From positions 62,687 through 126,686 of the IMG/VR virus record IMGVR_UViG_3300045972_000140: 64,000 nt of DNA; one strand, written 5' to 3'. Below the pieces are notes generated by a model, which made no database searches, was not told the DNA's origin, and saw nothing but the letters and a program-made list of their open reading frames with translations. Made by a program: the position numbers and the translations under genes. This document shows, in pieces, positions 9,034 to 17,425 of this stretch; positions within the stretch are counted from its first letter, which is position 1, and each line of letters begins with the position of its first letter. Source of the DNA: a virus.

Positions 9034-11096
9034 GTTCTAATCCGAGTTAAAGATATCATTGTATCGTTATCTTTGTGTATCTTATCTAACTTTTCCAACA
9101 CTTGTTGGGTAAGGTTATTTTGTTGCATCATTAAGGTATTTATGTTCGAAGACGAACCTGCTCGATCCATACCGGTGCCCGATGGCTGGTTTGTATCAGG
9201 TGATTTGTTAGAATCTGCTTTATTAGCATCAGATGGCGTAGCAGGTACAGCAGATGGACTATTTATAGTAGATGATGCAGGAGCATTTAGTTTTGATAAT
9301 TCACCTGCCGCAATTCTAGCCTGGGATTCTGGACTTAATTTTACACCCTCTCTGTGCTTTATATCGTACAGATCTTTAAGAGCCAATCCTAATCTAGAAG
9401 TTTCGTATGCTGCAAAAACACCTGCTGCTATAACACCCAGTGTTGCTGCGCCACCAGCACCTGCTACACCGCCGGCAGCGGTACCTGTTGCCCCGGAGGC
9501 ACCCCCGGCAGCGGCGGTGGCAGCACTTCTACCGAAGAAATTTGCTATACCTTTACCGGCACCGTATATACCTAGTCCAGTACCGACAACACCTGCTGCT
9601 GCTCCTAATCCTACTGCACCTGCACCAATGGCGCTTCTAGCGTGCGGGTTTATTGTATCTATAAGTCCGTAAATTGCTTTGTTTAGTAATTCCATAGCAG
9701 ATGTTACTGCCTTAATTTGATACTCAGCAGGATAAAATGCTGCCTGCATTGATGCTGCTAACTTTTCTTGCTCTGTGCGTAAATTTGCCACAGTAGATGC
9801 TGAACCAGTTGCTGCATCTTTTTGCGCTTGTGTAGCTTTAGAAGTTGTGTCTACCATTCCCTGAATAGATTGCATAGTACGTAATGCGCTTGCTGCGTGC
9901 TGATCCCCTGCCACAGCAAGTTGCTGCTGTTTAGCAATTTCTGCTTGCCACATAGGACTATTTGTCATCCCTTGAAATCTTGCTCTGATTTGTTCGGGTG
10001 ATTCATTGGGTAATGCCTTAACTAACGAATTCATTTGTACAGTAAAACGAGATCCCGATGATGCAAAGTCATTTACAATATTATCAAAACCAACTTGTAA
10101 CCCCTGTCCTGCTAATGCAGAAGATTTCATTAATCCCTGCGAAATATCCTCGGGCATACCCATTAACGATGCAGTAATATGTTTTGTAGCTTCGGGACCT
10201 AATATTGCACTTGATGCAAACGCGTCGGTAGACTTAGATAATGATTTAGCATTAGCTAAAATTTCTTCCCTTGACTTACCAAAGGCCTGCATATTATCGC
10301 GTACACCCTTACCAAATGTTTCTAATTCTTTTGCTAACTCTTTTTCAGATTTACCACGCATGTCGGTATAACTAGACTCCATCGATATGTACGCGCCCAT
10401 CATATCAGCGGTCTGAGTAGAATTGAATCCTAAATTACCCATCGCTTTTGTAGCCGTGCCTACTGCTTTCGCATATTTTTGGAAGTTTACCGCACTCATA
10501 GAGTCTGCGTATTTTGCTGCCGCTGCTTCTAAATTTTCTAAACGTATGCCTGTAAGGTTAACAACCTGGTTGAGAACCTCCATTCCGTCTTTTGTTCTAT
10601 TTGTAGCATCGTAAACACTTACCCCTTGGTCGGATAAGTTTTCCATAGTCTTTAGGTATTGACTATCAACTGCTAATACTTTGTCGCCAATGGCCTTGGC
10701 AACCATTAGCCCACGGGCCAACATATCCCACTTACTGGTAAAGTCTTTTATGCCAAGTAATTGCTTCTTATCCCAATCTTCGCGCTCTTTATCTTGCTTC
10801 TTTTTCTTATCGCCTGTTCTTACACCATCATCGAACAACTTAAATAGGCGTTTTAGCGTTGCTTCAGTCTTAGGATCACCTAGTGTACCGCCGGCACCCC
10901 CGGTGCCACCTTTGCCACGACCTTTTAGTTCGCGAACAATATCGCGCAATGCTTGCGTTTGTACCGCAGAACTTTTGTTGAGTACCTTATACAGTTTAAC
11001 AAGGGTAGCCTCTGTTGCCCAATCGGGCAAACTAGAAAAAGCCTTTTCAAAGGCACCGTCTGCTGCGCCGGTAATGAATACAGAATTATCAGCCAT
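9030..11096 (-). CDS. Putative tape measure / baseplate hub protein (gp29-like)
   Basis: 688 aa, Ala/Gly-rich and predicted helical, with a hydrophobic Gly/Ala segment. Divergent from the gp26-like chaperone gene; ATGA overlap with the portal gene. Confidence 0.55.
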   Translation of the reverse strand: MADNSVFITGAADGAFEKAFSSLPDWATEATLVKLYKVLNKSSAVQTQALRDIVRELKGRGKGGTGGAGGTLGDPKTEATLKRLFKLFDDGVRTGDKKKKQDKEREDWDKKQLLGIKDFTSKWDMLARGLMVAKAIGDKVLAVDSQYLKTMENLSDQGVSVYDATNRTKDGMEVLNQVVNLTGIRLENLEAAAAKYADSMSAVNFQKYAKAVGTATKAMGNLGFNSTQTADMMGAYISMESSYTDMRGKSEKELAKELETFGKGVRDNMQAFGKSREEILANAKSLSKSTDAFASSAILGPEATKHITASLMGMPEDISQGLMKSSALAGQGLQVGFDNIVNDFASSGSRFTVQMNSLVKALPNESPEQIRARFQGMTNSPMWQAEIAKQQQLAVAGDQHAASALRTMQSIQGMVDTTSKATQAQKDAATGSASTVANLRTEQEKLAASMQAAFYPAEYQIKAVTSAMELLNKAIYGLIDTINPHARSAIGAGAVGLGAAAGVVGTGLGIYGAGKGIANFFGRSAATAAAGGASGATGTAAGGVAGAGGAATLGVIAAGVFAAYETSRLGLALKDLYDIKHREGVKLSPESQARIAAGELSKLNAPASSTINSPSAVPATPSDANKADSNKSPDTNQPSGTGMDRAGSSSNINTLMMQQNNLTQQVLEKLDKIHKDNDTMISLTRIRT

Positions 11097-11119
11097 TTTA
11101 TTTGTTAGTTAAGTCCCGT

Positions 11120-11155
11120 GATAAATAAGAGAAAGAGTATTTAAAGCTATTTATC
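11120..11155. promoter_or_regulatory. Pair of face-to-face late promoters (GATAAATA on + at 11120-11127 and on - at 11148-11155)
   Basis: Variant of the T4 late promoter TATAAATA, present on both strands between divergent genes. Confidence 0.65.
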
Positions 11156-11178
11156 AAAGATTTTTCACAAGGGATATT

Positions 11179-12024
11179 ATGGAACATTCAAAACACACAA
11201 ATCCGCTCCAGAAATATTTTAGACAGTTCAAAACTTATCTAAAATTACCAAGCGGTACATCGTATTATGCAAAGGATGTTATTGAGTTCAACGACATGAA
11301 CGAGTTGGGAATTATGCCAATGACCGGCAAAGATGAACTTATTCTTAAAAATCCAGATGCATTACTTAACGGAGAAGCATTAATTGAAGTTATCAAAAGC
11401 TGTGTTCCTGCGGTAAAAGATCCAAGAGTATTACTTACAAACGACATCGATGCGCTCATTACTGCTGTAAGGTATGCTACATTCAATGATAGTTTAGAAA
11501 CTACATTATTCTGCCCAAGTTGTGGTGCTGAAAATTCGTATAAGTTAGATTTGCAGTACGCACTAGACAATATGGAATATTTAGATGACGAATATGTTGC
11601 TAATCTAGATTCCGGTGTAAGTGTGTATGTTAAACCTTACGCATTTCCAGAAATCTTAAAGAATCTACACGCAAAATTCGAACAAGGAAAGTTATCTAGG
11701 GCAATCGAAGGCACTGATATGTCCGAAGAACAACGATCGCAGGTGTTTGCCAAAGCATTTGAAAAGATGTCTGTATTGACATTCGAGTTGATGCTCAATT
11801 CTATTATTAAAGTAGTAGATGAAGAAAATGATATCAATGTAAATAGTAAAGCATATATAAATGAATTTCTATATAACATAGATAAAAAGAGTGTTGATAA
11901 GATTTCCGATCTAATTAACGAGATTAACGAAATAGGTATAAAGAAAACATTTGTGGCCAAGTGTGAAAAGTGTGGTCACGATTGGGAAAGTGCTATTGAC
12001 TTTAATCCTGTAAATTTTTCATAA
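11179..12024 (+). CDS. Baseplate hub / tail assembly chaperone (gp26-like)
   Basis: NPLQKYFRQ..YLKLPS, PMTGKDELILKNPDALLNG, two CxxC pairs (CPSC, CEKC) and C-terminal FNPVNF. Confidence 0.85.
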   Translation: MEHSKHTNPLQKYFRQFKTYLKLPSGTSYYAKDVIEFNDMNELGIMPMTGKDELILKNPDALLNGEALIEVIKSCVPAVKDPRVLLTNDIDALITAVRYATFNDSLETTLFCPSCGAENSYKLDLQYALDNMEYLDDEYVANLDSGVSVYVKPYAFPEILKNLHAKFEQGKLSRAIEGTDMSEEQRSQVFAKAFEKMSVLTFELMLNSIIKVVDEENDINVNSKAYINEFLYNIDKKSVDKISDLINEINEIGIKKTFVAKCEKCGHDWESAIDFNPVNFS

Positions 12025-12251
12025 GGTCCCTAATAGTATTACCACCCGACCAATTAGGCGACCTCATTGATTCATTTGAATCAGAGTCGGAATCACTTAA
12101 AGAGCAGATATCTGATCTTTGTTTTCATATGAGGGGTGGTTTAGAGTATGACTCTGCGTGGGGTATGAGTTTCATGGATAGGGAAATAGCGATTAGAGTA
12201 ATAAACAGACGTCTAAAAGAACAGAACCCTGGCGGTAAAGAATACTTGTAG
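12012..12251 (+). CDS. -1 frame extension of the gp26-like gene (gp51-like / gpGT-like), absent from the ORF track
   Basis: Slippery heptamer A AAT TTT at 12012-12018. The -1 frame is open to TAG 12249-12251: FIRSLIVLPPDQLGDLIDSFESESESLKEQISDLCFHMRGGLEYDSAWGMSFMDREIAIRVINRRLKEQNPGGKEYL. Confidence 0.7.
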   Translation, partial: KFFIRSLIVLPPDQLGDLIDSFESESESLKEQISDLCFHMRGGLEYDSAWGMSFMDREIAIRVINRRLKEQNPGGKEYL

Positions 12252-12259
12252 TATATAAA

Positions 12260-12838
12260 ATGCATAAGAAAATTGAGATAAACGAATTAGATATTCCTAA
12301 AGATGATATTGAGTGCTGGGAAAGATATCCTAAGCATAGATGGGTTTACGATATTTCGCGATTACTAGATTCGCAGAATATCAAGTGGAGTCCATTCAAG
12401 ACAATTGATTTGCAAAATATGGTTGCTAATATGTATCTAGAATCAATAGGTTCTGTTGCATATGCACCAGGATGGATTTATATAAACAATCCATTTGGGA
12501 AGCAGATACTCTCAGAGGTATACATCATTAAAGGAGAGATTAGGCATATACGATATATCGATAATATCACTAGAGCTCAATTAACAGATAATGTGGGAGA
12601 TATAGAGTTACGCATCAGCGCATTCGTAACAATGCACTTTCAGAAGTTCACAGGTGTAATCTCAGTAGAAACCATCGGTAACGACATATATTCTATTCGT
12701 TTAAAACCTATTTCAGGGATATCCTTAACTATAGATGCTAATATAGCAAAACTGGTAAAGAGAATATATAAGAAAAACGATTTAGTTCATATAAACGGTC
12801 TTACAGACCGTACACTGCATGAATCTTATGCTTCGTGA
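12260..12838 (+). CDS. Hypothetical protein
   Basis: 192-aa ORF with ATG start; no motif I can assign with confidence. Confidence 0.7.
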   Translation: MHKKIEINELDIPKDDIECWERYPKHRWVYDISRLLDSQNIKWSPFKTIDLQNMVANMYLESIGSVAYAPGWIYINNPFGKQILSEVYIIKGEIRHIRYIDNITRAQLTDNVGDIELRISAFVTMHFQKFTGVISVETIGNDIYSIRLKPISGISLTIDANIAKLVKRIYKKNDLVHINGLTDRTLHESYAS

Positions 12839-12889
12839 ACTCAGCATCGATTCATTTGTGTAATTTTTTAGAGATATAAAGACTAAGAA

Positions 12890-13310
12890 TAAATGCTTGA
12901 CGGTAGAGCCAGAGAAAGGGTATACAAACAAAGATTAAAAAATAACCGTTGTTTGTATACCCTTTCTGTTGCGCATTTGACAGCGGCACCAGAGACTAAA
13001 CAGACTATTCAAGAAGCATTGGATTGATTATGTCAGCTTCACGCTATTACGCGGCCTGTAAGGGGGAATCAGTAGGTTTGCCTACAACATCCTCGCGGCT
13101 TTAATTGTAACTCCTCTTAGTCAGTTGTTACGCCGCTCGCGGGCCATACCTTACTTTCACTTACCCGCGACAAATTTTAACTCGATCTACTTACTTTGTC
13201 CACTGGGACATTTCTTTAAACCTTGCCACTGTGCATCCAGCGGTCCTGACTGTTGCGCTCCATCCCGAACGACGCGTCACCCGATATAAAGGTTCGGCAA
13301 CCTGTAATGC
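12890..13310. ncRNA. Candidate large structured non-coding RNA (or structured origin region)
   Basis: No ORF of 60 aa or more; locally GC-richer; many nested complementary pairs (see findings). No recognisable tRNA, tmRNA or RNase P hallmarks. Confidence 0.4.
12913..12967. repeat. Perfect 19-bp inverted repeat
   Basis: AGAAAGGGTATACAAACAA (12913-12931) and TTGTTTGTATACCCTTTCT (12949-12967), with a 17-nt spacer. Confidence 0.95.
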
Positions 13311-13358
13311 ATTGAAATTCTATGTGCTGATTGTAGCTTGTTTGATTTTGTTTGTAAA

Positions 13359-13450
13359 GATTTTCGTTTAGATTTGGGTAGATTTGTAAAATTTTAATTA
13401 TTGTGTATGATTTTTAGTTAGATTCGTGTGGATTTATAAAATTTTATATA
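13359..13450 (+). repeat. Imperfect 50-bp-period tandem repeat with helically spaced GATT motifs
   Basis: gattttcgtttagatttgggtagatttgtaaaattttaatta (13359) aligns with gatttttagttagattcgtgtggatttataaaattttatata (13409). Confidence 0.7.
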
Positions 13451-13567
13451 TGCTATTGCTTTAGACGTAAGGCGCATCAACCCTACAATTTTTATTTAAA
13501 ACAACTTTTGTTGTTGCTGTATTTTATCTCTATTACTGACGTACTATCGACAAAATTGGCATAAATT

Positions 13568-13593
13568 AAAATAGCGCAGTTTTGCGCTATTTT
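13568..13593. terminator. Intrinsic terminator downstream of the endolysin gene
   Basis: AAAATAGCGCA-GTTT-TGCGCTATTTT. Confidence 0.85.
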
Positions 13594-13601
13594 ATTGCTC
13601 A

Positions 13602-14177
13602 TTAGTCGAAAGAATTGCTAGAATCTGTTACAAACGCACGCATCTCGTTCACACGACGTAACCACCCTTTTAAGTACTTTCCTTGATCGGGACGTTTTGC
13701 CACAATTGCGTTGTAATATGCCACACGCGCATCACACACTGCATTGCACAGTGTTATTTCATCCTGCTGTTGAATAAGTGCAATAGTTGCAGGGCCAATA
13801 TCTCCATCTGCTGCTGCACCAACTGTTGTTTGTACAAACTTAGCCATTCTGCCTACGCCGTGATTAATACAGCCGTCGAAGTGTAAAGCAGCAAGGCGCG
13901 GTGGCATGTTATTGCAGTCCCCAAGCAACCAATATTCTTTGTAATAAATGCGGAGTACAGCATCCCAATCTAATCCTGCTACGTCTAATTGCAAGTGGGA
14001 ATTCTTAGCAATACCGTATTTTGTTTCACCACCTGGGTCTGTAGGATCATTTACGTATCCACAGGCACGTTTATTCGTACCATCGCGTGCACCAGGTGCA
14101 TCTACATTCCAAAATCCGCCAACTTCGTAAAGCATAGCGTGGTCAACTGCCTTTAAATATGATGTTTCGTATGCCAT
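13602..14177 (-). CDS. Endolysin, glycoside hydrolase family 108 with C-terminal peptidoglycan-binding domain
   Basis: GYVNDPTDPGGETKYGI, FDGCINHG, DGDIGPAT, KYLKGWLRRV. Confidence 0.9.
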   Translation of the reverse strand: MAYETSYLKAVDHAMLYEVGGFWNVDAPGARDGTNKRACGYVNDPTDPGGETKYGIAKNSHLQLDVAGLDWDAVLRIYYKEYWLLGDCNNMPPRLAALHFDGCINHGVGRMAKFVQTTVGAAADGDIGPATIALIQQQDEITLCNAVCDARVAYYNAIVAKRPDQGKYLKGWLRRVNEMRAFVTDSSNSFD

Positions 14178-14199
14178 ATGTTCTCCATTCTAGTTTTGC

Positions 14200-14220
14200 T
14201 ATTTATCTAATTGGTAAATA
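14200..14220. promoter_or_regulatory. Back-to-back late-type promoters (GATAAATA on -, GGTAAATA on +)
   Basis: TATTTATC at 14200-14207 and GGTAAATA at 14213-14220, between the divergent endolysin and resolvase genes. Confidence 0.55.
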
Positions 14221-14236
14221 GTAAAAAGGGGATTTA

Positions 14237-14743
14237 ATGCCATCCAAATCGAAAACTAAGGGAAACGCATGGGAACTAGAAGTAGCTAAGTTCTTGTCGG
14301 CTACATACAATGAATCGTTCTTACGTATACCGAGCAGCGGCGCGTTTGTAGGCGGAAAAAACAGCATACGCAAGGCTGGGCTGGGCGATGCACAGCTACA
14401 GAGCAAAAAGGGCGATATTCACCCTCCGCAAGACTGGAAACATTGGAATTTAGAATGTAAGAGTTACGCTGATTTTCCGTTCCACCAGTTGTGGACTTCA
14501 GACGTGAAAATCCTCGACTCATGGATTGCACAGCAGCATGAAGTCGAGGATGAGGGCGATTTAAACTTGATACTAATTAAGATTAGTCGCAAAGATAAAT
14601 GGGTAGTGTATCAGGAAAATCTAGGGTTTGCGTCTGATCGCTCGATACACTACAAGGGTTGGTACTTTACAAGTTGGGATGATTTTTGGTCTAAACAAAC
14701 GAACTTAGACCTAGTAAAAATGATTTCAACAATATCAGTCTAG
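14237..14743 (+). CDS. Holliday junction resolvase (Hjc-like PD-(D/E)xK nuclease)
   Basis: KGNAWELEVAKFL ... GDI ... LECKSY catalytic pattern. Confidence 0.8.
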   Translation: MPSKSKTKGNAWELEVAKFLSATYNESFLRIPSSGAFVGGKNSIRKAGLGDAQLQSKKGDIHPPQDWKHWNLECKSYADFPFHQLWTSDVKILDSWIAQQHEVEDEGDLNLILIKISRKDKWVVYQENLGFASDRSIHYKGWYFTSWDDFWSKQTNLDLVKMISTISV

Positions 14744-15571
14744 TTTAACTATTGAATTCTGTAAATAAAATGCGTTAAGTCTTTTATTGATATATTCTAT
14801 TTCACTATTAGGTAATTTAGTTTTCTCTGCATAACTATTGATGGCATTTTGTTGAATATATGAATAAAAACTACCATCATATTTTGTCGAGTATTCAAAT
14901 TGTGTACATAACGAATCCGAAAAACGTCTGTAGAGAGCCTTCTTTTTAGTGAATTCTTCTTTGTATTTAGGTGAAATATGTTCTGGCCAATAGTCAGAAA
15001 GATATTCTAATTTTGTGGTAAATTCGTGGGCCCAGTCATTATACATAAATCTAGGTGCAGTTTTATTATTCCTCGACGCGTAGTCTATCATTCGATCTGC
15101 AGCAAGCGGTGTCTCGCTTAATAAAAAGGTGTTGACAGCTAGTAATCTACCATCAGCAAACATACCTTGTGCAATAACAGGATCATTGGCAATTATTGAT
15201 TTTATCATGGCCACATCGTTTGTCATGCCGCCAAATAATCCAACTCCTTGAAGTTGTCCGTTATCACCGTATCTACGACCGTCGTTTCCGGAAGTATGTT
15301 GTTCTGTCTTTACTTCGTAGTGTGCTAATGATATAGGGTGGGTTCCATCGAACGTTGTACTACCGTCAGATGTACTGAACATATTAGGGTTATTGGTTAC
15401 ACCTAACATTCTGCATACTATTTTTTCTCTAATCAGCGAATTCCCTAATTTATCGTGCATTATACATTCAATCATTTCTTGATGATCGGATGTTAACTGA
15501 TTAAACTCAGTATCATCGTGCATTGCGTATTTGTAAAATCTGTCAAGTGTGGCTTCGCTGTATGTTTGCAT
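14735..15571 (-). CDS. Hypothetical protein, possible PD-(D/E)xK endonuclease
   Basis: LIREKIV...TFDGTHPISLAHYEVKTE resembles the E...D...ExK nuclease signature. Confidence 0.5.
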   Translation of the reverse strand: MQTYSEATLDRFYKYAMHDDTEFNQLTSDHQEMIECIMHDKLGNSLIREKIVCRMLGVTNNPNMFSTSDGSTTFDGTHPISLAHYEVKTEQHTSGNDGRRYGDNGQLQGVGLFGGMTNDVAMIKSIIANDPVIAQGMFADGRLLAVNTFLLSETPLAADRMIDYASRNNKTAPRFMYNDWAHEFTTKLEYLSDYWPEHISPKYKEEFTKKKALYRRFSDSLCTQFEYSTKYDGSFYSYIQQNAINSYAEKTKLPNSEIEYINKRLNAFYLQNSIVKLD

Positions 15572-15640
15572 AGTGTCCCTGTTGTTATGATGCTCTTATT
15601 TTATAGACTCTTTTTGCCGAAACGCAACGGTATTCACCGT

Positions 15641-17422
15641 TTAAACCTGAGTATCTGCGGCTTCCAGTGTAGTATACCCACCTTCCTTAATAACTTTCAG
15701 CACAGTTGACACTCTACCCACAAGCTCATCTCGGTGCGAAATTAAGAAAATGTTTCTCTTATGATCTCTTGCCATCTTCTTTAAAATAGCTAAAGATGCT
15801 TCCACACCACTTGTATCTAATCCAGAATCAATTAATTCATCAATAAACAATAGATTAATTTTGCTATTCATAGATTCGAAAACATCGCGCATAGACCAGC
15901 TTAATGATAAGATTAAGCGTGTACGCTCTCCCCTAGAAAGATTATCAAAGTCAAACTCTTTTCCGTACATTTGAATTTCTACTTCTAAGTCAGATTTAAA
16001 CTTAACTTGATGTGGCAATCCAATTTCTGTAAGATAATGTGCAAGCCTGTGATTAAGATATGCAAGATTTTGATCAATGATTTTCTTTCTAATAAAGCTA
16101 TCTTTGTTTGTTAGCAGTTTCAGTAAGAAATCCTGATGATCGCGCAATTTAACTAACTCATTTACTGTATCGAAATTAATTTCTTGTAAACCATCTTTCT
16201 TAAGAGATTCAATCTGCTCAACATACGGGTTAGATGTTGCTAATTCAATTTCTAAGCTATTTCCTAAATTACTAAGCGTTGTCTTATGTCTATAAGCTTC
16301 ATCGACTGAATCATAAAAGGTGCTAGGCAATGTAGGAATAAGCGATTTAACAGTTGACGCAAGAGTTTTTACTTCGTTACATTTCTCTGTTTTAGTTGAT
16401 AACTTTACTTTTTCTTCCTGATGGCTTAATAGATATTCGTTATGCACTTGTGCGTGAGTTTCTTTATCCATTTCCTGCGAACAAGTTGGGCAAATTTTCT
16501 CAACAGAAGATAGCAATACTTTGTCCAATCTAGTTAACGTTTTAGTAGAATCTGCTACATCTCGCTCTAATGCCGCAAGTTCCTTTGTTAGCGCACGGTA
16601 TTCAGTTGATAAATCATCGACTTCTTTCTTAGCCTTATGTAATTCAATTTCGGCATCAATATCTACGGCCATAAATTGTGTTACTGCGTCTTGCAATTCT
16701 TTTACTTTGCGCTTCTTTTCGCGGTCCCACGTAGATGATTTTGTTTCAAGCCCAGTAATGTTTGTCTCAATTCGCTTGTTTGCCGCCGAAACCGCTGATA
16801 TTCGAAGTTCCTCTTCTTTAATTTCATCTTTTGTAACCTTAGATTCTTCTTTAAGCTTTTCTGCTTTTTCAGATAGCTTAGTAATACCTAACAATTGCTC
16901 AATGATAACTCGTTGATCGTTCGTACGCAAAGCAAGAAATGGCTCAACATACGTGTTTAGCGCAAGAATATGCTTAAACATTTCGTGCGTGATTCCGATA
17001 GTACGCACAATTTCTTCTTGTGTATGTCTACCTTCACCTTGCGATTCGTCTGTATCTGTTGCGGTTTCCTCGTCGACATCAGATCCGTCTTCGATAAACT
17101 TAAACACATTTGGCCTGCGCCCACGTTCTATAGTATAGCCCTTACCATTCATTTCGAATTTTAATGTAACCAACATATTTTTCATATTAGATTTGTTGAT
17201 TAAATTGTCTTTCTTGATGTTGGTAAGTGCTGTACCAAACAATGCATAACTTAATGCATTCACAATTGTAGATTTACCTACACCGTTACGATTATCGTTG
17301 CCGCCCAAATCTAGATTTTCACCAAGGACAAGTACTAATTCATCCTTGCTAAAATTAATAGACTGAGTAACATTACCGATACTCATAAAATTCTTAATTG
17401 TCAAACCATTTAGTTGAAGCAT
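15641..17422 (-). CDS. gp46: Recombination endonuclease ATPase subunit (gp46 / SbcC / Rad50)
   Basis: Walker A NGVGKST, zinc hook CPTC, signature LSRGE, Walker B LLFIDE, ISH. Confidence 0.95.
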   Translation of the reverse strand: MLQLNGLTIKNFMSIGNVTQSINFSKDELVLVLGENLDLGGNDNRNGVGKSTIVNALSYALFGTALTNIKKDNLINKSNMKNMLVTLKFEMNGKGYTIERGRRPNVFKFIEDGSDVDEETATDTDESQGEGRHTQEEIVRTIGITHEMFKHILALNTYVEPFLALRTNDQRVIIEQLLGITKLSEKAEKLKEESKVTKDEIKEEELRISAVSAANKRIETNITGLETKSSTWDREKKRKVKELQDAVTQFMAVDIDAEIELHKAKKEVDDLSTEYRALTKELAALERDVADSTKTLTRLDKVLLSSVEKICPTCSQEMDKETHAQVHNEYLLSHQEEKVKLSTKTEKCNEVKTLASTVKSLIPTLPSTFYDSVDEAYRHKTTLSNLGNSLEIELATSNPYVEQIESLKKDGLQEINFDTVNELVKLRDHQDFLLKLLTNKDSFIRKKIIDQNLAYLNHRLAHYLTEIGLPHQVKFKSDLEVEIQMYGKEFDFDNLSRGERTRLILSLSWSMRDVFESMNSKINLLFIDELIDSGLDTSGVEASLAILKKMARDHKRNIFLISHRDELVGRVSTVLKVIKEGGYTTLEAADTQV

Positions 17423-17425
17423 GTA

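Noticed and set aside
12840-13560. CRISPR array, tRNA, tmRNA or group I intron in the non-coding gap
   Set aside because: No identical repeats with unique spacers, no cloverleaf with TTCGA and CCA, and no interrupted gene flanking the element.
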